From positions 117,135 to 137,134 of the forward strand of contig JALAGF010006529.1 in NCBI GenBank assembly GCA_030167865.1: a stretch of DNA of 20,000 nt, given 5' to 3'. How positions within the stretch are numbered: the stretch's first letter is position 1; the number at the start of each line of letters is the position of its first letter. The position numbers and the translations under genes are program-made. Source of the stretch: Craspedostauros australis (lineage: Eukaryota). Under the pieces are notes generated by a model that worked only from the letters and a program-made list of their open reading frames with translations, was not told the DNA's origin and searched no databases. Positions 7,916 to 17,699 of this stretch are shown here, piece by piece.

Positions 7916-10900
7916 TCAAATCGAACCTGTCTCCTTCCATTCGCTTCCCTCCCACACTTCATCTTGGTCGCAGAACTCACCGCACTCGTCGAAGTTGGCA
8001 AAGTCTTCGAACTCCGATGCTGCTGTCACGCGACCCCCCGATGTGATTGGGGCCTCGTGGGATGCTTGCTGAACATCGATGGGCGATGAGTACATGGACG
8101 ACTTTGTCGGCATCGTCGATATTGAAGACGTCGTCGGAATCCTCGGTGTCGCCGGTACCGATGGTTCTTCTGGCAGACTCTTGAGCTGCGCAGTGTCTCG
8201 GCGGCTGAGGAACTCTTTCCTCCCGACGTATCTGTCCATCTTCCGTCTCATGCTATTTCTCGCAATCCGTGGTTCGTAGCCGCTCTTATGGAAACCCTGG
8301 CTCTGTGTTTCCTCCATGTGCATAATCATGTGTGGACTCGCGATGAGCTCGTCAGCCACCTCACCCTCTTCTTGCGATGGCCATTGTAACTCCTCCGAGG
8401 AAAAGACGCCAACCTCGCCTCGTGTTCGGTTGCCGGATCGCATTTCTCCTTTTGTTGGTTTCACTACCTTTGACCCTCCGACCAGACACACTTCTGGGCT
8501 GCCTTTGCCTCTTTGCGCTTCATGCTCTGCTACCGTGTCCGCAACCATCATCAACGACGCTGTCGCGTCCGCTTTCAGGTTTGAAAATGGTGACCGTGAC
8601 GGAGACGGATGAGCCGCGCGAATCGGAGATGCTGCTGCGATTGGTGCTGGGCCTTCCAGCATCGTTTCTGCGATGTCGACCTCTATTCCTACTTCGGACA
8701 GAGACGACGTTGTATCTGCTGCCGTGTCCTTGCCGGTTGCTGTGTCGGTTTCGCACATCCTCGATGCCGAGTTGGTTGATACCGTATCGGTCTGCGTCGC
8801 ACTCTCCATGCTCTCAGATAGCTTCTGATCAAACACAAGCATAGAGACCAGCCCGAGATTGCCAGCCACGAAATTCTGCGCACTCCTCAAGCTTGCCATT
8901 GGAAGCCCCGTCCTGGTGAGAAATGCCTCCACCTCATCCGGGCCTTTCTCCGATTTATTGGGTGTCGGAGCGATCGAAGAGAGGTCGTCCTCGTCGTCAC
9001 ACTGCTCTCTGGCATCGCCGACATTGCTGCAATGCTTATCATGGCTGTCCTCACAAGTGTCCCCACCACTGCCGTTTCGCATTCCAGAATGTGAATTATC
9101 ATCGACGGTGTCGTCGCCATCGTGAGCATCGTCGCCATCGACATCATGGCCGCTCTCGCTGCCGCGGTCGCAGACGCCTCTACCGAGGTCATCACGATTC
9201 CTATCATCTCCCTTCATCTGATCATTGACCACTTCGTCAACCTTATCATCTTCGCAACGCATACGCCTAATACCGTCGATGCGTCGGCTCTGCTCCGTGT
9301 CGTTGTTATGAGGACTGGCAGTGTTGATCATATTCTCGTGAATGTCTGCATCGGCATGCACCTGTTGGTTCATTTTGACAGAAGCATCTTCGCAGTCTCC
9401 CTTTGGCGACAGGCACTCCAATACGTAGGTTGGCATGAACGAAGCTCCGACGCTCGATTGCAGCTTTGCGGAGACATATGCGAAGAGACCGTCCTCGTCC
9501 TCGTCCGTCTCCATGTCATCCTGCTCTTCATCCTGCTCTCTTTCCTCTTCCTCGTGACAACGTCCATCACGATCTTCATCCGTGCTGCCTTGCCGTTTGC
9601 TGGCCACCTGTCCATCCAAACCATTCTCCATGCGATTCTCGCTGCGCGTGAGACTGTCGTTTTTCATCCTGGCGGGAATAGCCACTGAGGAATACGCAGT
9701 AGTTGGCCTGAGGAGATTGAGGGGGCTGGAAGGAAGTGGTTCCTGCGTTTCATCATTGCTGTGCGGGGACGATGATTCTTCTTGTCCTACATCTTGTGTT
9801 GGTGGGGTGTCATCTTCCGTCGAGCTACGAGTACCTTGGGACACAGCGGAAGGATTCTTGACGGCGAAGATGATCTGGACATCCTGCTCGCTGATGTTGA
9901 TGAGTTCGTTGCCTTCCTCCGCTCGGAATGTTGACGGCACGTCGGTAGCGACGAGGTCCTTGACTTCCTCCTCCGCCATCGCATCGAGCACATAGGAGGC
10001 ATCCGGATGTCCCGAGGCTTTGATGGGGGAGCACTTCGCTTCGAATTCACCGAATAGATCGACGGAGCTCTTGACCGGTGCTGCCAGTTCGATCGAGTCA
10101 TCCAGTCCGAAGTCTTCGTTGCAAAAGTCCCTAAGACTTGCAAGATCTTCGCTTGCCGTCGATTCCTCCATGGCAGCGTACGTTGGTTCCACATTCGAAG
10201 ACGAGTTGTTCTGGACGGTTTGGAACAGCTTGCCTGGCCTGTCAAGCTTTGGTCTGCGAACGAACTTGAAGAGCTTGGCTGCCCGCGACAGAACGTTGGA
10301 TTTTGGTTTGGGTGCTGCGCGTGAATGATCTGGCTGAGATTGGCCATGGTGATACCGCGGATGATCATAACCGTCGTCACCGTCGTCACCGCCGCTGTCC
10401 GCAATTGATGCGCTACCATGCGCCGAGATCAAGGTTTGTTGCAATGTGATTTCATTGTGTTCGTATGTAAGACGGTAATCTTCTTTCGTGATGGCATTCT
10501 GATTCTGATGCGGTGGTGTGAACGGATCGGTTTCACTTGTGGTGAGATGATCCTCGTGCACCCCACTGTCATAACAGCCGTTCTCTTCGTCGCTGTCCGA
10601 GTATTCGATGATGATTCTATCGTGTGGAATGAATTCTCTCTCGTCTGCGGCATCCCTTCTAACCTGCTGGTGGTGCTGGTTATACTGGCGCTGAGCTTGT
10701 TGAGCGACTGTCTCGTGATTTGTCGGAGTGACGTATCCGAGAGCAGGCAGTCCTGTTGGATTGGAGTTGCTGCCATTCGCAGATACTTTTTGCTTCTGTG
10801 AGAAGAGGGATCGTTGGTTGGACTCAGTTGCATCTGGTTTGTTTCGGTTGTTTTCGGATGATGCCTGTGGAATGCCATCTCCTCCTTTCCTGTGCCGTTG

Positions 10901-11905
10901 CATGACGATAGTCTTGGTCTTGGCTCCATTCGGTGGGGTGTACATGGACTTCATTATCATGGTGCCCGATGCCAGCGTAGATGCGGAGTCTCTGGAGTCA
11001 CCCAACATTGTCGCCTCATCGACAATGGTCAACGTGGTGGTGATTGGGATGGTGACCGTTCTGAACATCCTTGATGCGGCTGCTTTTGGCCAGATTTCCG
11101 AATCATCATACGGTGTCGGCTCGTCTCCGTCCAGACGGTGGAACTGATCCAGCTCGATCGTTTGCTGAGCACCCCCGTGGCTGCTTTCGACAGCGATGCG
11201 ATCCAGCTGGAAGACCTCGGACGTGATGCCGAAGTCTGCAACTTCGATGCCCTGGTCAGTCATCCACGTTCCGAAGTCCGTGTCATCGTGCTGGTGCATG
11301 TCGTTGAAGCTGGCGTAGCTGGCTTCGACATCGGGCAGCGCCATGCAGGATTGCAGGATGCCGCGGAATTTGCTTCGCCTCGCCGTCGGCGTTCTGCGTT
11401 CACGCGCAACCAACCGTTGCTTCTGGCTTTGCCTCCGCTTCTGCTGCTTCCGCCTTTGCTGTTGCCCTTGAATTGAGATTCGCTTGATGTTGTCAACATC
11501 GCTGTCGCTGCCCAGACGCTTGAGCTCGTAGCCTTCGAATTGAAGCCGCTCGTCGTGCAGGTCATCCACGCCCGTTGGCGAGCGGATTTCGTCGAGCGAG
11601 CTACCTTCCGACCAGCTGCTCGTGCTGAACGAGTCTGGTCGAGAGAGGTCATCGTTCCACATCATGGTGCGTTCGAACAGCTCCGCGAGATGTACGTTGG
11701 TGTTCCGGATGAGATGGAACAGACGATCCGAAGACAACTGATCCGCTCCGACTGAAACCTCGAATCGATACGTGAGCGTTGTCGGTGCTCCAGGAGGAGC
11801 AGAGAGATGGATGAGGCTGGGCCGGTTAGCACTTTGCGGTTGCATCCAGCCGGAATGCGTCATCGTTGTTGGTGTTGGCGGTGCTACTGCCGCCCCCTTC
11901 GCCAT
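7916..11905 (-). CDS. Large (~1330 aa) acidic, largely disordered protein of unknown function; start uncertain
   Basis: About 4.1 kb stop-free frame ending at TGA 7916-7918. The track start at 12001 is TTG. The first in-frame ATG is 11905 (MAKGAAVAPP) and the frame stays open up to TAG at 12110-12112. D/E/S/T-rich with no recognisable folded domain. Confidence 0.8.
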   Translation of the reverse strand: MAKGAAVAPPTPTTMTHSGWMQPQSANRPSLIHLSAPPGAPTTLTYRFEVSVGADQLSSDRLFHLIRNTNVHLAELFERTMMWNDDLSRPDSFSTSSWSEGSSLDEIRSPTGVDDLHDERLQFEGYELKRLGSDSDVDNIKRISIQGQQQRRKQQKRRQSQKQRLVARERRTPTARRSKFRGILQSCMALPDVEASYASFNDMHQHDDTDFGTWMTDQGIEVADFGITSEVFQLDRIAVESSHGGAQQTIELDQFHRLDGDEPTPYDDSEIWPKAAASRMFRTVTIPITTTLTIVDEATMLGDSRDSASTLASGTMIMKSMYTPPNGAKTKTIVMQRHRKGGDGIPQASSENNRNKPDATESNQRSLFSQKQKVSANGSNSNPTGLPALGYVTPTNHETVAQQAQRQYNQHHQQVRRDAADEREFIPHDRIIIEYSDSDEENGCYDSGVHEDHLTTSETDPFTPPHQNQNAITKEDYRLTYEHNEITLQQTLISAHGSASIADSGGDDGDDGYDHPRYHHGQSQPDHSRAAPKPKSNVLSRAAKLFKFVRRPKLDRPGKLFQTVQNNSSSNVEPTYAAMEESTASEDLASLRDFCNEDFGLDDSIELAAPVKSSVDLFGEFEAKCSPIKASGHPDASYVLDAMAEEEVKDLVATDVPSTFRAEEGNELINISEQDVQIIFAVKNPSAVSQGTRSSTEDDTPPTQDVGQEESSSPHSNDETQEPLPSSPLNLLRPTTAYSSVAIPARMKNDSLTRSENRMENGLDGQVASKRQGSTDEDRDGRCHEEEEREQDEEQDDMETDEDEDGLFAYVSAKLQSSVGASFMPTYVLECLSPKGDCEDASVKMNQQVHADADIHENMINTASPHNNDTEQSRRIDGIRRMRCEDDKVDEVVNDQMKGDDRNRDDLGRGVCDRGSESGHDVDGDDAHDGDDTVDDNSHSGMRNGSGGDTCEDSHDKHCSNVGDAREQCDDEDDLSSIAPTPNKSEKGPDEVEAFLTRTGLPMASLRSAQNFVAGNLGLVSMLVFDQKLSESMESATQTDTVSTNSASRMCETDTATGKDTAADTTSSLSEVGIEVDIAETMLEGPAPIAAASPIRAAHPSPSRSPFSNLKADATASLMMVADTVAEHEAQRGKGSPEVCLVGGSKVVKPTKGEMRSGNRTRGEVGVFSSEELQWPSQEEGEVADELIASPHMIMHMEETQSQGFHKSGYEPRIARNSMRRKMDRYVGRKEFLSRRDTAQLKSLPEEPSVPATPRIPTTSSISTMPTKSSMYSSPIDVQQASHEAPITSGGRVTAASEFEDFANFDECGEFCDQDEVWEGSEWKETGSI

Positions 11906-12049
11906 TTTGGGGGATATTCTCTTCTCCGATGGAGCGAAGCGTGACAGAGTGGAGTATGATGGAGTGCCTCCAGGTTGGTCCACTTGGACGTCGGCAGACA
12001 AGTCAGTTGGAGTTGGCTTGTCGAATTGATCCGTTTGTTGTGCTCTTTC

Positions 12050-12150
12050 CTTTGGTGGAAGAAGTGGCAGGGTATTCGAATAAGATAATACAATGGAAAC
12101 GGCAGCGAGCTAGCCCCATGCCTGTGCCTTGTTGGATGCGCTTGACCTAC
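12050..12150 (-). other. Possible ~101-bp intron in the 5' leader of the 7916..11905 gene
   Basis: Minus strand GTAGGT donor at 12150 and pyrimidine tract cttcttccaccaaAG ending at 12050. Removing it would also remove the in-frame TAG at 12110-12112. No transcript evidence. Confidence 0.35.
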
Positions 12151-13444
12151 GCCACTTGTACTGGTTGCAGTAGTCGTGCCAAGTGAAGACAAGCAGATTG
12201 CAGTTTTGAAGATGTCGGACACACAACCGCGTGCCCACAAGGTGACGCTCGCAGGATGCTCTTCTTCGCAACCCCATGCATGCTTCACTTGCAACCGGTC
12301 TCGTTTTGGTATTAGTCTTCATACTCGTGCATCAATGTGTTTGTGTGTTGTGTCGTGGGTTGCATGTTGTTAACATGATTCTGCTTCCCACTTTACTCAA
12401 CTCATTCATCTTGTGGCGCCAAAAGTTAACACATCGTCGGCATGCGTGACACATTTAGGGTTGATGGCAGCCTTGTAACGTTGTGTGACATGGACCGCGT
12501 TAAGTGTTTTGTCCACTGCGTGTGTCTGGCCATGCTCGTGTCAATCGTTTGAATTCACTTCACGTAATTTGTGGGTGCTGATTCAATTTTCAAACAACAT
12601 CTTCGAATGGTCTGTCCTGATCTGCTCTTTTCTATGTTGCATTCACTCCGCTCCACTGTATGGGATTATATTCTATTCTATTTTGATTCTGTGCTCTGCA
12701 AGCACGCATGTATGGTGCTGGTGGGTCTACGCGAAGTCGTATGAAGGGCACAAGGTAACTGTGCTGGCCAAAGCCACAAACAGGAATAGCATGCTCGTCA
12801 ACGATGATGCTGACAAATGTACGCGTATGGTACAGGAAGCAGGCCGTGCCACCTCATGAGTTGATGCGCATGCAAGCGTCGTCGGAGGGGCAGTTTCTCA
12901 TCGTCGGGCGAGTATCCTGGTCGCTTCCCAAGTGATTGAAGAGAGAGGGAGGGAGCGAGGTTTGGATCGACGTGTGCAAGGCCGGCGCAAGTTTGAGGTG
13001 GCCATGACGACACATTCCGTGTGTGGCCGAAACAGGGAGAGATTCATTCCGTACTATTGCAGTATTGGTATGTACAGTACCGTACACATCCAAGGACCCG
13101 CTCAAGAGAGAAGAGCCGACCAAGTGGAACAAGTCTGCAAAACCAATCTATTATACATGTTCGGTGTGGCGGTGAATGCATAGCGCTGTGCGTACACGCG
13201 GATGCTGCGATGTGCTGAGATGCAGAAGCGTTCTCGCCACCTCCAATCTTCCCTTCAAGCTCCTTCTGCGTTCCAGATCTGTCTCTTTGTGTTCTTCGCA
13301 CAATCTGATTGATGTGCGTGGTGTGTCTCATGATTCTCTTCGACTCTACTCTATTCCTTACCGTTACATTGCATCACCTAGTGCAGAACAACTCGTGCAC
13401 TTGTATGCTACTCACAGAGATATAATTCAGATGCGTTGTGTTCC

Positions 13445-15517
13445 CTAGTTGAGAAAGTACTGGTTCTTGATCCAGGCCCCATCGTCCTTGACGGATGGGA
13501 TGTGAACGTCGTCTCTTTTCTTGACGTAGTTGAAGGAATGCCTGTCCGATTCGATGGTGGGTATCCAGACCCACGCTGCATCCGTGCTGTTGTAGATGTG
13601 GAACTTGCCATATCCGTACATGGTGGCATCACGTTGCTCGATCCATGGTTCCGCCGTGATGTTGACGAAGGGAGCGCTGCATGCGCGGCCGCCGGCCCCG
13701 ATGGTGATGTGGACTGGTCCGCGCGGATCCTTGACGGCGTCTTCCACAATGTTGGAGGTTCGTTGGTAGGCATGGATGTGACCGGAGAAGATCATGTTCG
13801 CCCTGTGCTCGATGAGGAGCGGCTGGATGTGTTCACGGGCGGCGACGATCTGCAGATCGTGATGGTGAAGGTCGTACGTGTTGTACATGGGGACGTGCAT
13901 GGTGATCAAGAGCCATGGCGTTATCGTTCGATCGACGGAGTGCAGCTCCTCTACCAACCAGTCATACTGGGTGCTGCCTGGGTCCATGTTGGAGTATGCC
14001 GAGATGACGATGATGTGCGCCGATCCATACTTGAAGGAGTAGTACGCGTTGCCCCATTCGTAGGGCATGGGGTACGGCGCCGCATCCATGTTCAGTCTTC
14101 CATCTGGGCCTTCAAAAACACCAAGCTCTGCTGGTTTGACACGAGGCATGCGCCACCGATGTTCGTACCCACGGAAGATCTCTCGTCCGTTCGGTTGCTT
14201 TTCGATATCTGTTGTCCAATTGCATTTTGAGCAGAGCATCGTAGAGTAGAGCAGAGGAGTGTCGAGCAGTGGAGTGTTGATGTCGCGGTGTTGAAAGGGG
14301 GGATAGATTTGAGAGATGATTTGTGCGACAGATGACATGAGATGATAGCAGTCGGGCGAACTTGTTCATGAACAGATTGTGAACATACAAGGTGTTGTCT
14401 GGTACGGTATGGCATAGTATGGTATGGCATTGTGTGATTGGTCAAAGCGACGTTGCGACAAAGTAGAGAAGAGTGCTCTGCTTTACTCTGCAATACTGCA
14501 CTATGCGTGACAAACTGCCACCATACGGGCTCCAAGACGAGAACAACAATGCTAACGATCGCACTCACCGTGATTTCCCGTTGCGATCATGAGGGGGAGC
14601 TGATCGAAGGGCGAATGATCATCGAAGAAGTCGAAGAAGGTCTCCCACTTGCGCTCGTCTGCGCCAGTGTAGGCGATATCGCCGATGAGGAAGGCGGCGT
14701 CGTAATCATCCTTGTGGTCTCTGATGTGCCTAACCGTGTACTGGGAGTGCTCGAACTGGCCGAGATCTCCGACGATCGCAAACGCAACAGGCATGTTGGG
14801 GTCCGTGACGGGGGCGGTCCGAAAGGATCTGAGCTTGTGAGGAGCGACGCAGTCCTTCTCGTGGCCATCGTAGGCTGGAGGCGTGAGCATGCGATGGCGC
14901 CGATTGAAGCCTTCCACCTGCTCGTTGATCTGCTGCTCGTTGATGATCTGGTTCTCTGCCGTGATGTTCTCGGGCGGGCTTCCTTCATCTGCATCGCCCT
15001 GAGTGTTGTGATGCTTGTTGTGCACATGCTTGGCATGCTCGAAAAGAGCATCGTCGCCAGCTTCCCTGCTGCCCACAACCGGGAGGAAGTAGTAGGTGGT
15101 GTTGGGCTGCAGATCGGAGATGGTGAAGTGGTGCTGAAAGGGAGCGTAGTAGTGTCCCCATCGCTCCAGAGGCAGCGTGGTGTTGTAGGTGAGCGGGAAC
15201 TCCTGCTCGGCGACGAAGCTGCTCATGTCTGGCTCGCTCGTTCCGTAGAGGATGCCGCCCAAGGGAGCACGGACGTCAGGGTAGGCCCACTTGGAGGTGA
15301 AGGACACCGTCATTTGAGAGGTCGGATCGCGGCCCACGGCCAAATGTACGTGCTTCACTGTCCCCTTGCAATGGCGCGGCAATACTGGATCTGCCTCCAC
15401 CAGGACTGTTGCTAGCATCATTGCTAACATCATTGGCAGCGCAAGTGACAGCAGGAACGATGCCACCAAAGGTCTGCCATTGCGTCTTCTCTCGTTGCTT
15501 CTTTGGCTGTTGCTCAT
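13445..15517 (-). CDS. Secreted purple acid phosphatase (FN3-like N-domain plus metallophosphoesterase); join(15517..14569, 14208..13445), ~570 aa
   Basis: All five PAP metal-ligand blocks are present in order: GDLG (DxG), GDIAY (GDxxY), GNHD (formed by the splice G|AT), ITMH (VxxH-like), GHIHAYQR (GHxH). N-domain 'HVHLAVG..MTVSF..LQPNTTYYF..FRTAP'. Hydrophobic signal ending VEA|DP. ATG 15517 is preferred over the non-ATG track start 15655. Confidence 0.93.
14209..14568 (-). other. 360-bp GT-AG intron (phase 1) of the purple acid phosphatase gene
   Basis: Donor AATCACG|GTGAGT (14569/14568) and acceptor ACAACAG|ATATCGAA (14209/14208). Splicing keeps the frame and restores GNHD. The interior is microsatellite-rich. 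Confidence 0.9.
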
Positions 15518-16649
15518 CTCTCTACAATACTGTGTTCGGCTTGTATCTTCTTTCACGAGATCTGCTTGTGCTTGTGCTGACTGCGATGCTCTGCGATTGT
15601 GAGATGATCCGCAAGTCCAAATGCAAACGCTCGGTCCTGATGGCGGTGGCAACAACTCGGTCTGACCTCTTCGTACGACTGCAACTATGATTTTCCTTTT
15701 GTTCGCGGTCTACCAGAGGATGGCAGTACGACAACTACTATGCGAGCCACTCCGAGGTCCGATGGTCGTAGAAGAGAGATTCATGCGATTATGACTACGA
15801 GGATAGTAATGGCATGGGCGAGCACTCTTGTGGTCGGAGTTCGTTTCTGTCTTTGTCTCTCTCCCTGTTCGTATCGAGATTCAGGAAGCCGCTCGTGTGC
15901 GTGTTTCGCGGATTTGCCTCCATCGTGTGCGTTGTCTCTTGGTGTCAATTTGGGCTCGTTTCCGATTTCCGCTTTGCCACGCTGTGGAACACGCTGTGGA
16001 GTACAATGCAACACGATGCAACACGATGAGTTGTTTTCTTTACCGTTCCCTGGCGTTACCAAGACTGAACCGTCTCACTCGGGACCCGAAATCGAAGCTT
16101 GGTTCAATCGTGTTCTGGCGTTAAACTCCGCCCGACATGGATGTCACACCAGTGTCACTTCTTTTAAGAATGCGCCGGCCGCTCTCGAATTCAGAACTCC
16201 CGCCAACGCTAATTTCCGTCCAAAAAGGACACCATGGTATTCCACAAAAGGCCTATCGTTCTTTGGTGATCACTTCATCGGTCTGTCCGTTCTCTCGCAC
16301 TCCAACACGTTTTGGCCTATTATCAAGTGTGTCCGCATTTGCATGAGTATGGTGTCCCTGTGTGAACAAAGAAATAACCCAAAGGTTAAACCCTCTTACA
16401 AGGCTGCGCTGGTGGCGCTTTTCTCCACCTCCTTTCAACTTCGCGCAAGGCACGAAGGGATCACGGAATCTGTGTGTTGTTGCATTTATGCTGTGCATGT
16501 ATCAGCCGTTGCATATGCAGTTGTGTGCACCTTAGCCGGGGGCTGGGCGAGCAAGCCTCCTGCACTTCAGCCACTTGAACAGAGCGCCAGAGGCGGCCGG
16601 TTCATGCAGCACCGGTGCGGATTGATCTATTCATACCACGACCTGTGCT

Positions 16650-17600
16650 ATCTGCGTTTCCGCTGCCGGTACTTCCATAGAAGTCTGCGGTGAGCGGTGC
16701 GGTCCTGCTCGAGGCGAAGACGAAGTGATTCTGCCATGTCTCGAAGAGTCTAAACCAATCCGCCCTCGGCCGAGCCTTGACCTTCGAATAGCGCTTCGTT
16801 GCGAGCTGCCCACTGTTCCCAAGAAATGCGCCAGATGCGACGTATGAGCTGCTGGGACCACTTCGTTGCCAACTTTGTGGACTGCTGCTGTCCCAGGAGG
16901 CCCCTCTGCATTGGCTCCCACTGTTTGGCTAATAGGCCTTTCCATAACGCCTGTGGCCCTATGACTGATTGCTGCTGAACTGCTTCTTGCAGTGAGCTGC
17001 CAGGGTTGGGAATTTGTAGATAAACCAATCTATCCAGCTTGCTTTGAAGGATTGTCGAAAGGCTCACAGCGACTGCTGGCAGTGTTGGGTATCGTTGCAC
17101 CCACTGCCGCAATTCCCGCAGATGTCTCCGCGAGATTTGACGCCGACCCTCGCCGGGTCATTGCCTGAAATGCTGAGCGTCCTCGCTTGCATCACAGCTG
17201 GGGCACTGATCCAACTTCCTCAGTCCTCATTGCTTCATGCATTGGCACAAAGGAGCCTCCCCGATTAGAAGTTTGATGGTTAACAGCTGTCTGTTCTGAT
17301 CGAGCTCCTGCAGTTCTCCCTCAACTTCATCCCACACCATTGGAGGATCCTGGCTTATCACGTGTCTGGCGCGCAGGACGTCGACAGTGCCTTGAAGAGT
17401 CGGTCCATGGGCCACAGCCGAGTACCCCATGCGCGTCAGCTTGGTGTCTGCCGTGAAAGACTCTCTTTCGCCATAGATGTGGCCATTGTATGCCATATCG
17501 CCAGGCAGAGAAGCGCGCGATTGCCCTGCTAGCTTGTCTGTGATCATGTTCATTCATGCCCATTTGTAGAGGGATCCCCATCCTGTTTGACTGCCCTAGT
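16650..17600 (-). mobile_element. Decayed 3' fragment of a non-LTR retrotransposon ORF2 (RNase H end, tether, CCHC knuckle, WxxRN tail), probably Ambal-like
   Basis: Track ORFs 17227..17553 and 16750..17112 share one frame. Read through the stops: LYKWA*MNMITDKLA (RNase H-type N...D.LA) ... MKQ*GLRKLDQCPSCDASEDAQHFRQ*P (C-x2-C-x7-H-x3-[C]) ... QQQSVIGPQALWKGLLAKQW ... IWRISWEQWAARN. In-frame stops at 17554-56, 17227-29, 17158-60 and 16750-52. Boundaries are approximate. Confidence 0.78.
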
Positions 17601-17699
17601 GACTGATAATCGCCAATTACATACAGGTCAGGGAACCAAACACTGACATTTACTACGCTGTCAGGGTGATCAATTCCGTCAGAAGAAGTTGGTTGGTGT

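Noticed and set aside
12454..12460. TTTAGGG telomere-like or telo-box word
   Set aside because: Single copy, expected by chance.
13445..14338. Treating 13445..14338 and 14552..15655 as two separate genes
   Set aside because: Canonical splice sites join them in frame and restore GNHD; neither half has all the metal ligands.
13436..15415. 264-aa and 325-aa plus-strand ORFs
   Set aside because: They mirror the two phosphatase exons and are antisense shadows.
15740..16693. 317-aa plus-strand ATG ORF
   Set aside because: Cys/Ser-rich random-looking peptide with no GC3 bias or motif, spanning the phosphatase upstream region and the LINE end; not fully excluded without RNA data.
17158..17556. TGA recoding (Trp/Cys/Sec) to explain three in-frame TGA codons
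   Set aside because: The neighbouring gene uses TGA as its stop (7916-7918), TAG stops also interrupt the frame, and pseudogenisation is simpler.
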